DNA of 50,152 nt, filler included, from Jimgerdemannia flammicorona (Eukaryota), in assembly GCA_003990765.1 (NCBI GenBank). It is 2 parts of 2 records of this genome, joined end to end, with 100 filler letters (N's around TTAATTAATTAA, not from the genome) between each part and the next. Parts side by side here need not be neighbours in the genome. Positions count along the whole stretch, not along the records: positions 25,127 to 50,152 come from RBNJ01000891.1; 1 more part is not named here. The stretch is one strand, 5' to 3'. Shown in pieces: positions 36,501 to 48,514 of the stretch. The notes beneath the pieces are model-generated. The model saw nothing but the letters and a program-made list of their open reading frames with translations, was not told the DNA's origin and made no database searches. Each line of letters begins with the position of its first letter. Positions within the stretch are counted from its first letter, which is position 1. The position numbers and the translations under genes were made by a program.

Positions 36501-39382
36501 ACAGTTGATATTTGGTAGATAAGAATAAAGGAGATAACCAGGGCCTTCTGGAGTGAGGCTGGTATGGAGGCAGGGAGACAGAGGAGGCAGCAGGTACGGT
36601 GGGCATCTCGTAGACTATCTAGACTCTTGGAGGACTGGGTGAGACTGGCGACATTGGAGGGAGAGGAGGACTGGCATTCGATAAGGTTACAAATAGAGGT
36701 GGCTGAACTACAACAGGTGCTGCAGAATGAGGAGGAGGCTAGGGTCTAGGGTCTGGCAGCACAGCTTCATTGGTAGGGGCTGGAGGAAGAAGAGTGGCCC
36801 TTGAAGTTTCTTTCAAGGGCCCTTCAGGTGAGAAGAGTGTAGCAAAGGTGGGAGGGGGTGCTTAATGCTGATGGTTCATTGGTGTATAGGGTACAGGACA
36901 TTCTTAGCTTGTTAAAGGAGCATTAGAGTGGATTGTGGAGTGAGGAGGAGGGTGGGGCTGGTGCTGAGGATATTGATCAAGCCTTGGAGGATTAGCACCC
37001 TACCCAAGTAGCTGGGTTGGATGACTTAGTACTATCAGTACTAGAGGAGGAGATCCACCAGATTCTTGCTGCGACAACCTTGGGTATGGTACCTGGAGAG
37101 GATGGTCTGCCCTGGGACTTCTGGAAAAGGATGGTGGGAGTCCTTGGAATAGTGGGAGAGATGAGGGTACTGTGTAATTGGATTCTACAGATGGGGAGAT
37201 GGGTGGGAGAACAGGATCTAGGGTTGGTAACATTGCTTTATAAGAACAAAGGAAGCTGAGAGAACTGGAAGAACTGGAGGCCAATTATGCTACTGAATAT
37301 GGATAGAAAGTTGGTTACCAAAGTGATGGTCGCAAGATTGCAAAAGGTGGCCCAGCAAGTCTTGGGTGAGGAGCAGCAGAGCTTTGTTGGAGGCCAGCTC
37401 ATCAGAGATGGTATGGCATGGGTACATGGAGTTATTGAAGGGGCGTGAGCCAGTGGACTGGACAGGCATCTGGTCTTTTTGGACCAGGAGAAGGCCTATG
37501 ACTGGGTGTGACAGGTCTGGTTGGCAAAAGTTTTGGATAGAATTGGGGTCCTGCGACAGTTCAGGACCACCATGGTCAGTCTACTGGAAGGAAGTAGGGC
37601 AGCACTCATGTGTAATGGACATAGAGGGGTAGCATTTCCCCTGAGTAGAGGGGTGCCCCAGGGGGACCCACTGTCCCCCATTTTGTATGCTTTGTCTCTG
37701 GAGCCCTTCATGGACAGAATACAGCAGAAGATAGTGAGGCTCTCTATCTTTGGCATCAGGTGGAAAGTAGGGGCATTTGCAGATGATATGGTGGTCAGTC
37801 TGGGATCAGTTGCAGATGTTGAAGAGCTCAAGGAGATAGTGGAGTGGTATGAGGTGAACTCTGGGACTAGGCTTAATTAGCATAAGTGCAAGACAATGGT
37901 GTTAGGCAATGGTCTAGTGGGCGGGGAGATTATTGGTATGATTGTCCCTGCTGGTGAGGTGGTATGGTACTTGGGTATTTATCTGTCAGTATATGGGTCA
38001 GTTCTGCCCAGACTTTGGTGGAAGTAGTAGGTTGGCATTTGGAAGGAGGCCCTGAGGAGTTGGGGGGACCATCAATTGTCTCTGGCAGGCTGCGTTTCGA
38101 TTCTGAATGTCTATTAGCTACTAAAGGTATGATATCTGGCTTATCATCTGGACTTCCCAGATTGGGTGGTAAAGTGATTGATGAAGCTGGCCAAGGGGTG
38201 GATCTGGGCTAGAAGGCGGAGTCAGATCAACTGGGAGGTCTTGTCCTTCCTGGTGGTGAGTGGGAGACTTGGGCTGATTGACTTTCCTAAGAGACTATAC
38301 TGCTTGAGAGCTTGGTGACTGAAGAGAGCAGTGGAGTTAAGAGGGAGTGGTTGGGTTCCCCTACTGCAGAAAGTCTGGGAGATGAGGTCCTCTCCGAGAG
38401 GTTTGATGGGTGATCTCCTAGCACTTGTGGGCCTTCAGAACTCTGGACAACTACAGTACAAAGGCTTCTGGTAGGGAGTGGCAGAGGGAGCATGCTATAT
38501 TGGGATTAGGTGGCAGGGAAATGAAGGGGAGGAGGCTTGGGATCAGGTGATGTGGAGATGGAACCAAGTGTTACTAGGTGGTGTTACCTTACTTGAGTTT
38601 GACATTGGTGATGGGGTTGAATGCCAATGGGGACTGGGCCAGGATCTGTGGCCTAGTAGTTGGCAGGGTGTAGGAATTGGTGAGGAGTGAGACTGGTATA
38701 GCATATGGGCCTGGAGTGCCAAGGTGCGGAGGTGGTTGCCGCTGAAGTACTGGGTGGTCTGGTGGCATATGCTGAGGCAAAATGTTATGCTCAACTTCTG
38801 CTCTAGTCACCTTATCGAGGGGGGCTGCTTCAACTATGAAGAGTGTTATAATGTAGGGCAGGAAGGGAGATATGTACAGATGCCTGAACATTGGCTAGGA
38901 GAGTGTGAGGTGCTTTATTCCTTTTGGCAGAACATTGGGGATCATCTGGGAGTAGTGTACAGGAGAGCTGATGTGCAGGGGCAATGGGAGGACTTAAGGG
39001 ATAGACTGGAGGAGGGGGTGGGGAAGGAATGGCTGACGTTAGGGTAGGCTTTGGCCATTTGGGTGGGGCTGGCCAGTCACTGGCTATTTGTATTTGAGGA
39101 TGGGAGGAAACTTGGCTCTGAGGTCAGGCTGATGAGGTGGTGTAGTCTTATGGAAGACACCTTGATGGGCTGGTGGCTGGATTGGGGGTTGAAAGGGGGT
39201 CAAAGGCATCATTTGGTAGAACAAATCTGTAGGCAGAGTGGGGGGAGGGTTGGGGTTGTGGGTGCGAAAGTGGTTTTTGTTTGTGTGAATAGGTGGAGTG
39301 GTACTCCTATGGGGATCGGGTAGTGAGAGGGTAAACTGTAAAATTATTAATAGACAGCAATAAATGGCAGAGTCCAAGTGAC

Positions 39383-39454
<72 letters not shown>
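33519..39454 (+). mobile_element. Full-length L1/Tx1-like LINE copy C with 16-bp TSD (inactivated)
   Basis: TSD AAGAGATTATTTATTA at 33,503-33,518 and 39,455-39,470. ORF1 ~33,607-35,635. ORF2 35,667-39,323 with APE, RT (GVPQGDPLSPILY, FADD) and a C-terminal Cys/His segment. ~70-nt poly(A). Confidence 0.95.
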
Positions 39455-39459
<5 letters not shown>

Positions 39460-40145
39460 ATTATTTATTACACCCACTACCCTATGCCTAACACTTTTAA
39501 TGTCCCGCCCCACACTTCTGCGCATGAGACATGATCTCGCGCGACATAACATTTTGGGAGAGCCAATATGGCAACGACGCACATTATTCGTCAGACAGCG
39601 GCGAATCTCCAGACAATCGCGTGAGTGGATAGCACGAGTTATATGGTGCAAGTGAAACTAGGGAAGCGGAAAACAACATCGTTCAAGGTTGGTGCCAAGG
39701 TGGGAATTCTGCAACGAAGAATTCTCTAGTGCAGGTGGGTTCCAGACAGAGACCCATTTGAACTGGCCCGCAGCCCTACTAAGCCTTTATGGACTGAAAT
39801 AGTGTATATATATTAGACCAAGTTAGCGTGATCGATGCTGAGAAAAGCTCCGTTTATTTGGTCTTTTTTTTCTTTTTTTTTTTTTGAATAAAAAAAGTCG
39901 TGACTGGAGACGAACTATAATGAAAACGATTCGCGCTAGGCAACCAATAAATACTACGACTTTGCAGGCTCGCAAGACATCCGGCATCTGAGCAGTATGC
40001 CCATAATCACGCGGTCATGTCAGATTTGATTGGCGTTGCAAGGTGTGGGTATTGAAGGAAAATACACGACAGATTTGAATGTACATGGACACGCGGAGAA
40101 AATGTATTTACATAAAACACGCCAACGCTATATCCGCATTGGCGC

Positions 40146-43100
40146 TTACACCAACTTCCTAAAGAACGTATCGCTCTTTAACGCCATTGTCACATCCTCC
40201 TCGCTCACGTTCAGCCGTATCCTCTGATGCAGATCCAACCTCCCAGGCTCTACCAATAGACACCTGGCTTGTCCCAGTGATGCGCAGATGGCGGCCAGGT
40301 CGCTCGAGGACGGCGGCTCAACATTGTGCCATCGACACGTCTGAACGTGCTGCTGTGCGACTTCGGCGAACTCCACGTCGGCGACGCCCGAACGACGCAG
40401 GCGCTGCATGGTAGCGAGGAGGAAAATCTTTTGGTGCAGGGAGGCATGACGGATGAAAGACACATTGGCCGAGGAAAACATCTCGCGCACGGCCTCGTTG
40501 ATCGTCGGAATGGTGACGTGATAGGCTGTCGTGGGGGTGGGTATGTCGGTCGGCGTAGGGTTGTCCTTGTCTTTCTTCAGCTTGGTTTCGACAATCTCGA
40601 CGGCCCTTCTGAGGTGCCGGGAAATCGGTTAAGCATAGCCGATCAATATTATGTCGTCCATTTAACCAGCAACCTCGGAACCACTCCCATGGGCTGTCGT
40701 GCCAATTCGCAAAAAAAGAAAAAAAAAAAGGCATCTCTGGACTACTTACCGACATATATCCAACGCTCTCCTTGCATCACCCGAGACAGCGCTAACTTTG
40801 CGCGCGGCGAACTGGACGGCGTCCTTCTCAAACGCATCGATACCTTCGAGCCGTGACTCGATAATTTTGATCAACTGGTGATGTGTGTATGGCTGGAAGT
40901 TGATACGAGTGAGGCCTGTGAAGGTGTCCCCCAAAATGGAATGGCAGAGGCCAAGTGAAAAGTAGAGTGAGTGAATAAATATATACAGCATTATATGTTT
41001 ATGGTAACAACAAGTTATTCGATATAACCGTAGAGTAACCAAACTAAGATTTCCTTTTTAGGGTTGATTCTAGCAACCAATATGCCAAGTCGCAACATCA
41101 AAACTATAAGAACATACACGAACAACGTACCCAGCCTACTAGACACCTTATTCGTCAACATCCTCTCCGGCAGATCCATCGTGTTCGCGACGGCGATGAC
41201 GATAAGCTTTGAATGCGGCCGGTTCGGCCACTCGAAAAAGTTGTACATGACCGTTTGCCGCTTGGTGACCAGTAGATCGAGCTCATCCATCAGCACAACG
41301 CTGAAACGGGAAGACATGACGAGAGATGAAAAACATGTTAGCAAAAATCAAGACTCTGTGGCTTTCATCAATCATCTAACAAATATATAAGTCCGGCAAT
41401 GTACCAAGGCCCTACCATGGATATCGTCTCGGCGACGGTGTCGAAAACTGCTTCTCAAGTAGTTCTAACGCGTGGTTGGCGGTCATGCGTTTCTCGGCCA
41501 AGGCCTCCCAGAGCAATGTATAGGCATGCGAAGGTTCTGTGAGCTTCATGCCGTTAATTTCGACGAATTGAAACGGCGGAACGTTCTGATAGAAAGGTTC
41601 GGATAGAGTTGGTCTCAAATCGTGTGACAGCGAAGGCTCTGAAATGGAGCTGGTCAGATTTTGTGAAAGATAGATCGAATACTTACACCATTTTCAGCTT
41701 TGGACAGCAGGTGCCGGATCACTTCGTGAACAGTGGCGGTCTTGCCGGTGCCAGGAACGCCAGAAATGTCTGGAATAATCAAACAGTTATTTTTTTAAGA
41801 ACGCGGTGACGCAATGCAAAATAACAACCAGCCTTCACCCCCCAAAAGGTTGACATACATATACAAGTTCCCGTTCCCTCCTCGATTGCACCCTCAAGGT
41901 ACCCCAGGATCTCCGCGAACTCCTCCTCGCGACACGGTAACGAGTGCGGCACGGCCGAGACGTGAAGGCGTTCGCGCGCGCGTTCGTAGGGTGTGGAGGG
42001 TGTAGTGACGATTTGCGGGCGCTGACGGAGCGGTGTGACGGCGAGGATGGGCTTCGTTCTAGGCATTGCGGCATCGAGATGGGCGACGTATATGTTACAA
42101 ATTGCTCAGAATGTGGTACTATATTTGAATAGTCAAACAAAAAACTATAATCGAACAACGAGGCATTGTACCTCTGTGATCGCGGCGTGAGTTTTGATGG
42201 GCTCCGCTTGGGTGTCTTTCGCGGGGTACTTTTGGATGAGCCGACAGTACGCCGTTTCCGCTTGGTGGGCGTGCGATTGTTTTTCTTTTTCCGCTTCTCT
42301 GCCTCGTCTTCTTCATCCTCCTCCTCCTCCTCCTCTTCCTCCTCGCCAGCATCGCCATCCTCCTCTTCCACCTTCTCCACCTCCGGAAAAAAATTCCCAT
42401 CCTTATCATTGTCACTTTCATCTGACTCCTCCACCCTCACAAACTTTCTCCCATTCCCATCTTTCTTCCGATTCGTCTCCTCAAACATGCAATCCGTCTT
42501 CGGGTCATCGAACCTCCTATTCGAGTAGAAATCGTCCCAGTCAAGATCGATGAACCGGTTATGCGCGTCGTACGCCCGGCGGCAGAAGAAGTTCCTCTCG
42601 CGGTGCGCGCTGGGGACCATGCCGTCCGGGTACTTGGATTTGAAGCATTGATAGGAGAGAACCTCACAGTGGGATTCAATGTTTTGAAGAAGTTTGCCGC
42701 CATCGAGGTTAGAGTAGAAGAGCTCTTGCTGTGCAATACCGATTGACATGGGGGACGTGAGTGTGAGATGCTATTTGTCGTGTGCTTTTATTTTTTCTCC
42801 TAATTATCCCGTCGAAATTATTTGTGCTCACCTCATCATACTCCACACTGCCCTGGCCATCCTTCTTGGGTCTCCGCCTCATCTTCGGGAACACGTCCTC
42901 GGGCCTGTTGAACCATCGATAACTGAACATTCTCTTCTCATGTTCATCCTGCCACATCCGCTTAATGATTGCGATCCAGGGTTTTTCGGAATCATTCTGA
43001 ACGAGGACGCAATCGCCCAGCGTGAAAGTTTCGCCATTCTTTCGAAAGGATTTATAGAAGATCCGGTTCGAAAGATTGCTGCTACGTGTGACCCGACGCG

Positions 43101-43260
43101 ACGGAGTACCAATGGACTCGGTGGCTTGCGCAGCGGTATTGGTAGTGGCGGGATCGACGACCCACTCGAAGACATCATTACTGTCGGTGCGCCGTGAGCT
43201 CCTCTCCTTGTTTGCTGCATCGAGGCGCTTCTGAAGCTTCGGTGTTGTCGGCAGAGACAT
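40146..43260 (-). CDS. ORC1: Origin recognition complex subunit 1 (BAH + AAA+ + winged helix), 8 exons
   Basis: Exons 43260-42832, 42728-42172, 42058-41859, 41769-41687, 41585-41416, 41300-41131, 40915-40750 and 40608-40146, all GT-AG and in frame. BAH (LGDCVLV...WIAII...YRWF), LPCREEEF, Walker A GVPGTGKT, Walker [29 protein letters not shown]. Confidence 0.96.
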
Positions 43261-43265
43261 TTCGG

Positions 43266-43340
43266 ACGGGAAGCAATAGTAATCGAAGAAACGGGAAGCA
43301 ATAGTAATCGAAGAAACGGGAAGCAATAGTAATCGAAGAA
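43266..43340. repeat. 3 perfect copies of a 25-bp unit just upstream of the ORC1 ATG
   Basis: ACGGGAAGCAATAGTAATCGAAGAA x3. Confidence 0.95.
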
Positions 43341-43487
43341 AAACACGTCTACGATGGATTTTGGACTTTGGACGGTGACGTCATCAGTCATTTAAGCCAG
43401 GAGCGCGAGCAATCTCGTTTATATGATTGGGAACGCTCTTTCTTTTGCCGGGAACAATTTGTCCTTGATCACCTCTTGAACGCCACA

Positions 43488-44969
43488 ATGGACGTCAACC
43501 AGTATAAGTTGAGGATACAAGGTATGGATTATTACTCGTGTACGCGTGGACTCGATCCGCAACAAGTGTTGATCTCACCTCAAAAATGAACATAGCGTCA
43601 ATTCTGAGTCTTCGTTGACTCGATATCACACCATAATGACGCCAACACTTCATGGCGTGAACGTCACCTATTATGCACCTGTTAAACAATATATTCCCCT
43701 GCACATTTCCTTGGTACTGATACACCCTGCACCTCTCCAGAAATTCTCCGCGCTTCCGATCCCTCCATCGTATCGGCCAAGAAGATCCGCCAACAACTGG
43801 AAACCGAATACAAAATCTCCCTCCAGCCTGTCAAGAAGGAGCTCGACGCTCTCGTGATGGACATGTTCTACGGGCTGGAGGAGGAGCTGAACCAGAACAA
43901 GGATGTAGACGACCCCTACGACAACGACCTCGACGGGGACAACGACAACGACCTCGACGGGGACAACGACAACGACCTCGACGGGGACAACGACGACAAC
44001 GGCCCCGAAAACGTCCCCGGGTGCGATCTCATGTCCTTCGACATGGCAGTTGCGGAAACCACCGTTCCGGCCGCGCAGACTTCTGGCTCCACCCAGCATT
44101 TCCAACTCGCCCTCCCGCCAACCACCTTTGCCCCGCAAGCGCTGCACCCGCCTGCCCGCCCCTCGGCCTCCGCTCCTGCGAGCTCTACCCCGAAGCGGCC
44201 CAAGAAATCCAAGGACACCATTTCCGGGTCCGACTCGGACCTGTCGTCGACCGAGGACTCACGGCCGCGGGCAAAAAAGGCGCGTACGGGTACAGCGGCC
44301 AGCAAGGCCACGGGGAGCAAGACGAAGGGGAAAAAGGCGAGGGCGGATTTGGACGCGGAGATGGCGAGAAAGCTACATAGCGAGGTGAACGGACTGAGGA
44401 CAACGAGAGGAGAGGCGAGGGGCGGGGAAATTGTGTTCAAGAAGAAGAAGAAGGCAGGTGATGAAACGGAGACGGAGAAGCCAAAGAAAGTTACGGGGTT
44501 CAACAAGCCGTTAATGTTGAGCCCGGCACTGGCGGAAATTTTGGGGGAGAGCGAGGTGAGTTTGGAGGGTCCCGGATGAGTTGGCTAAGTGCCGTTGTAT
44601 TAGTTTGCTTGTGTGGTGTGGTGTCGGTTAGAAAGATTGGAGAATTTTATTATTTCAGGAGGATGTCATATAATGTGGACACGAGAAAATCGTAGGGCTT
44701 ATTTTCTTTAATGATTCCAATGTTGACATAATTCTGACATATTTACTCGCAATCAACTCTTCCTCTGCGTCCAGCTCTCGCGTCCCGAAGTCGTCAAACG
44801 GATGTGGGCATACATTAAGGAGAACAACCTGCAAGATCCGGAGGACCGGCGGTGGGTGATCTGCGACGAGAAGCTGACCGAACTTTTTGGGAAGGACCGC
44901 GTTAACAGCTTCGCGATGAACAAAGATTTGACGCAGCATCTATGGAAAAAGGAGGAGGTCGTGACGTGA
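43488..44969 (+). CDS. DEK-C + SWIB/MDM2 domain protein (UAF30/Tri1/Spp27-like), 3 exons
   Basis: Exons 43488-43521, 43741-44555 and 44775-44969. DEK-C (EILRASDPSIVSAKKIRQQLE) and SWIB (GFNKPLMLSPALAEILG...LSRPEVVKRMWAYIKENNLQDPEDRR...CDEKL...F). 24-bp coding repeat (DNDLDGDN)n at ~43,920-44,000. Confidence 0.92.
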
Positions 44970-47645
44970 GGGTATGATGAATTGAAGCAGAGGCAAGGAG
45001 AACGAGTAAATGATAACTGATGCGATGTTTTGGTAGCAGGCTCGCGGAGGTTGGTGGTCGTGGAATGAAGGTGACTGGATTGGAGAAGGGAACGTGTGGT
45101 GACATTAACAGATTCACATATTGTGTAGAGTTGAGAAAACGGCAGACATCCAGGACCAGTGATGATTTCTTTTCTTTTCTTTCCTTTTTTATTCTTTTTA
45201 AAAAAAAAAATCTTGCCTTTTATCTCTTTTGCCATGATTATTTTTCGATGCTACTCATCCACTTACAATTGCTTCTCTAGTAAGCGCGTATCACGTGTTC
45301 TGTAACATAGTTTTCTTTTTGTTGTATGCGTTTCCTGTCAGTCCAGAATCGCGCAGAGCTGTTCAACCGCGACATAATGAGGAGGTGTCTTCTATAGTAA
45401 GCAGAGAGCGCCTGGTAGTCGTACGTGTTCACGCCATTTGCAAAAGCCAGTAACCCAGTACATATGGAACAAATCCTCATATTTATAACTGCTGGAATTG
45501 CTCAGTTGAATTATTTTCCTTCTATCCAATATCCCTTCATTAAAGAAATAATGATCTATTATATATATATATTATAGAGATATTAATACAGAGATATATG
45601 TATGTTACTTTTGTAATAATAGAAAATATATTTATATAAAGTTAGATTTTTTATTATTATTTAATTTTATATTATAGAGAATAGTTTAAAAACTATATAT
45701 TAGTAATTTTATATAATATAGATATATGTATTTAAATTAGACTTTAATTTAAATTAAATAATATATATATTAGATATTTAGGATAATATTATATTTAATT
45801 TCTAAAATATTTATTTAAATTTTGAAAAATGGTTATATAAGTTATATTTATATTTTATAATAATAATTTATAGTTTTCAATTTAGTAAATAATTTCAATA
45901 ATTAGTATTGAAGAACCCTCTAGAAAAATATTTTCTAAAAAATATATATTATTAACTAAGAGTACAGCAGAATTCTTTTTAGGTTATTTACAACTTATTT
46001 TATAATTATAAAGTATTGCTTTAGTAGTTAAGCAAATAATTTAAAATATTCCAAACTAGCTCTATAAGATATAATTCTTTGATATTTAAACATAACATGG
46101 TCACCGCTTACTGTGATTATCGAATGTTCAACCGTCACACGACAAGACTGATCAGTTCGGTTCCAACTAGCAAAATCCTGAAGCGTCCGAATCAAATAAG
46201 CTTATGCCGAGTAGCTCGAAGCGCTACCTTCAGCCCTCACATACAAACCACTACTCCAATACACCTGGATTAGACATGCAGTTCTCTATGGCAGATGATG
46301 AAAAGAAAAACACTATCCTCATATTTATTATTATTAATTTTAAAAAGACAACCTCAATAGTTTCCGTCTTTGAATATTGATTCCACACCATTCTCTCGCC
46401 CCAGCACGTTAACAAAATTTCAATTGGTCCTACTACATTTTCATTCCTATCCCGCAACCGCCCATTGCTTACCTCCCCGCACATCTGGCCTCGAATTCCA
46501 TCGTTGAACGCTATTAGTGCCCATGAATACGATGCTTGTGGATGGGACTTGTGAAAGTGGAAGCCTCGGAGAATCTTTCAGGTCAACGATCAACGCGCCT
46601 CCAATACAGCAGCTCCTGCTATTATACATGTGTTGTCTTTTCGCCGGACCAATCTGCAACCGCCGCGCCTCCTAGTATTCCTGCTGCCTTGTACTTCATC
46701 CCCAGCTTGAGCTTCAGCACGTCGGCAGTGCCACAGTGCTCGGTACGCGCACAAATTGGCTAGCGGCGGGTTGTAGTGGAGATTGAGCTTGATGCGGAAG
46801 GTAGGAGGTGAGCCTGTCTCGCGGACGAGCTCGCGTGAAGTGGAGCATTTGAGGTGGCGCCGGTGGGTCACCGTGGGACCTCGGCATGGTTTCACGCAGG
46901 GGAGCTGGAGCTTGGTGTGGCGGGTGCTAGGAAGCGGAGGATGTGTATGATATGTGGGCAGGGCTGATGGCTGGTTTGGGAATCTGAAAGTTGAAATGGA
47001 GAGAGTAAGACGCTTGTAAGATGATTGGGGATCTAAAGGTTCAATATGCGAATCCGATTTGGTCCAAACCTACGGGTCGTCGTTAAGAAAGGCAGCGGGG
47101 TCACCAAGGCCAAGGTGATGGGGCTGGCATCCCGTCAGGCTCCGCCCTATGTATATACATCATGCTTCTTGCGCTGCTATCTCTTTATTCTTTTTACTCC
47201 TTCCCTCCCCAACATGAGATTCCTTTGCTGAGATTCCCTTTCTTTCATCTAGAGCGATTATTCTAAATTGCTATAATGATATAATGATAAACGATTGATG
47301 CGGGCGATGGGCAATTGGCATAGTGGTGAGCTGGGGGTCTCGATAGTCTGCTCGAGCGTCATGATGTTTCAGAGCCAAGTTGTCGCTTATTAACCCCTCC
47401 CTCAAGTCCCCAATAGCACCATCACCACACGTGGTTCTGTTATTACACCGTTTTCCAATGGCTAACAGACTCGGTCGACAAGCGTTGGATATGGTTTCTC
47501 TTATGAGTTAAAATTAAGCGTGTACTTGGTGTGGTGTGGGACTTGCTAAGCGAGAAAGATAAGTAAGCTTTTATTTTCTGTTTGTTTTCAACACTTATTT
47601 AAACTCTCTTACTCACTTGTTTTTGACCGGCGCGAAACGCGTCGC

Positions 47646-47716
47646 GCCGGTCTTGGTTGCTTCTTATGCCAACTGATGAGCCCCTTGAGCAAGGGCGAAA
47701 CCGGTCTAGGTCATAG
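47646..47716 (+). ncRNA. Hammerhead ribozyme (type III fold; alternative minimal type I fold)
   Basis: GCCGGU-C^ (47646-47652), stem I UUGG/CCAA, core CUGAUGA (47673-47679), stem II GCCC/GGGC, GAAA (47697-47700), stem III ACCGGU. All catalytic core nucleotides are present. Confidence 0.85.
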
Positions 47717-47944
47717 TTACACCTCATAGCCTCTATTGTAATATGACTTTTCGTCACGAAATAAAATAAAATAATAAAAACAACACCAAAATGCGATAAA
47801 GTGGAACAAGGAAGTCAAGAGATTGTTTACGACGCCTACTAAATTTGCCGACACCCGTCACCAGCACAGCCTCGTAACGCCACCCTAAGTAGTCCCTTGT
47901 ACCCCCTCGTTCGGCCGTTGGAGAAGCAGGTGGAGACGGGGGGA

Positions 47945-48036
47945 CGAAGGGGGTTTACCAGGTGGGCGAAGGGTTTACTAGGTGGGCGAAGGGGGTTTAC
48001 TAGGTGGGCGAAGGGGTTTATCAGGTGGGCGAAGAG
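47945..48036 (+). repeat. G-rich minisatellite, ~20-22-bp unit (AGGTGGGCGAAGGG(G)nTTTAC.)
   Basis: About 4.5 copies read directly. Confidence 0.9.
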
Positions 48037-48514
48037 GTTGGGTTTGGGGGTTGCCGGCATGTATAAGTAGCCTCCCCGCCACTCCTGCCTTTCCAGCACA
48101 CCACGCTCACTCACCCCCTGCGTTGAACTTTGCAGAACAGTGAATCCAATAGTCACCCTGGCTACAACAGAGCGGTTGTCAGCTGGCCAGCTGCCTGCCA
48201 GCACGAAGCCGCCGCGCGTTGTGGCTCTTGATCTGTTGAGGTTATTTGGGGGCATGGCTAAAGTCGCTTTCTGTCAAGGCCTGGTTTGAGAGGGTACAAA
48301 GGATATGGAATAAACGACCTTCGATCGCCCTGTATTCATCAGATTCCAAGACGTTCTTGACAACGTGGGTACATTTATTTCATGCAGTCGCATCGTATTC
48401 TTGCATCTCCGAGCTACACCAATCCTTTCCCCACACCTTATTCTAATTGACACCATCCCCTCCCCCAGTACGGTACGGTCCCCACGAGACTTGGTACGAG
48501 CTCAAGCCCTCCGT

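Noticed and set aside
39640..39890. Hairpins followed by a T-run, as a possible Pol III ncRNA
   Set aside because: No tRNA, U6, SRP, RNase P/MRP or U5 motifs recognised. CCCGCAGCCCTA could instead be a DNA-transposon end, but no partner TIR was found.
43266..43340. 25-bp direct repeats as CRISPR-like
   Set aside because: No spacers and a eukaryotic context; simple tandem repeat.
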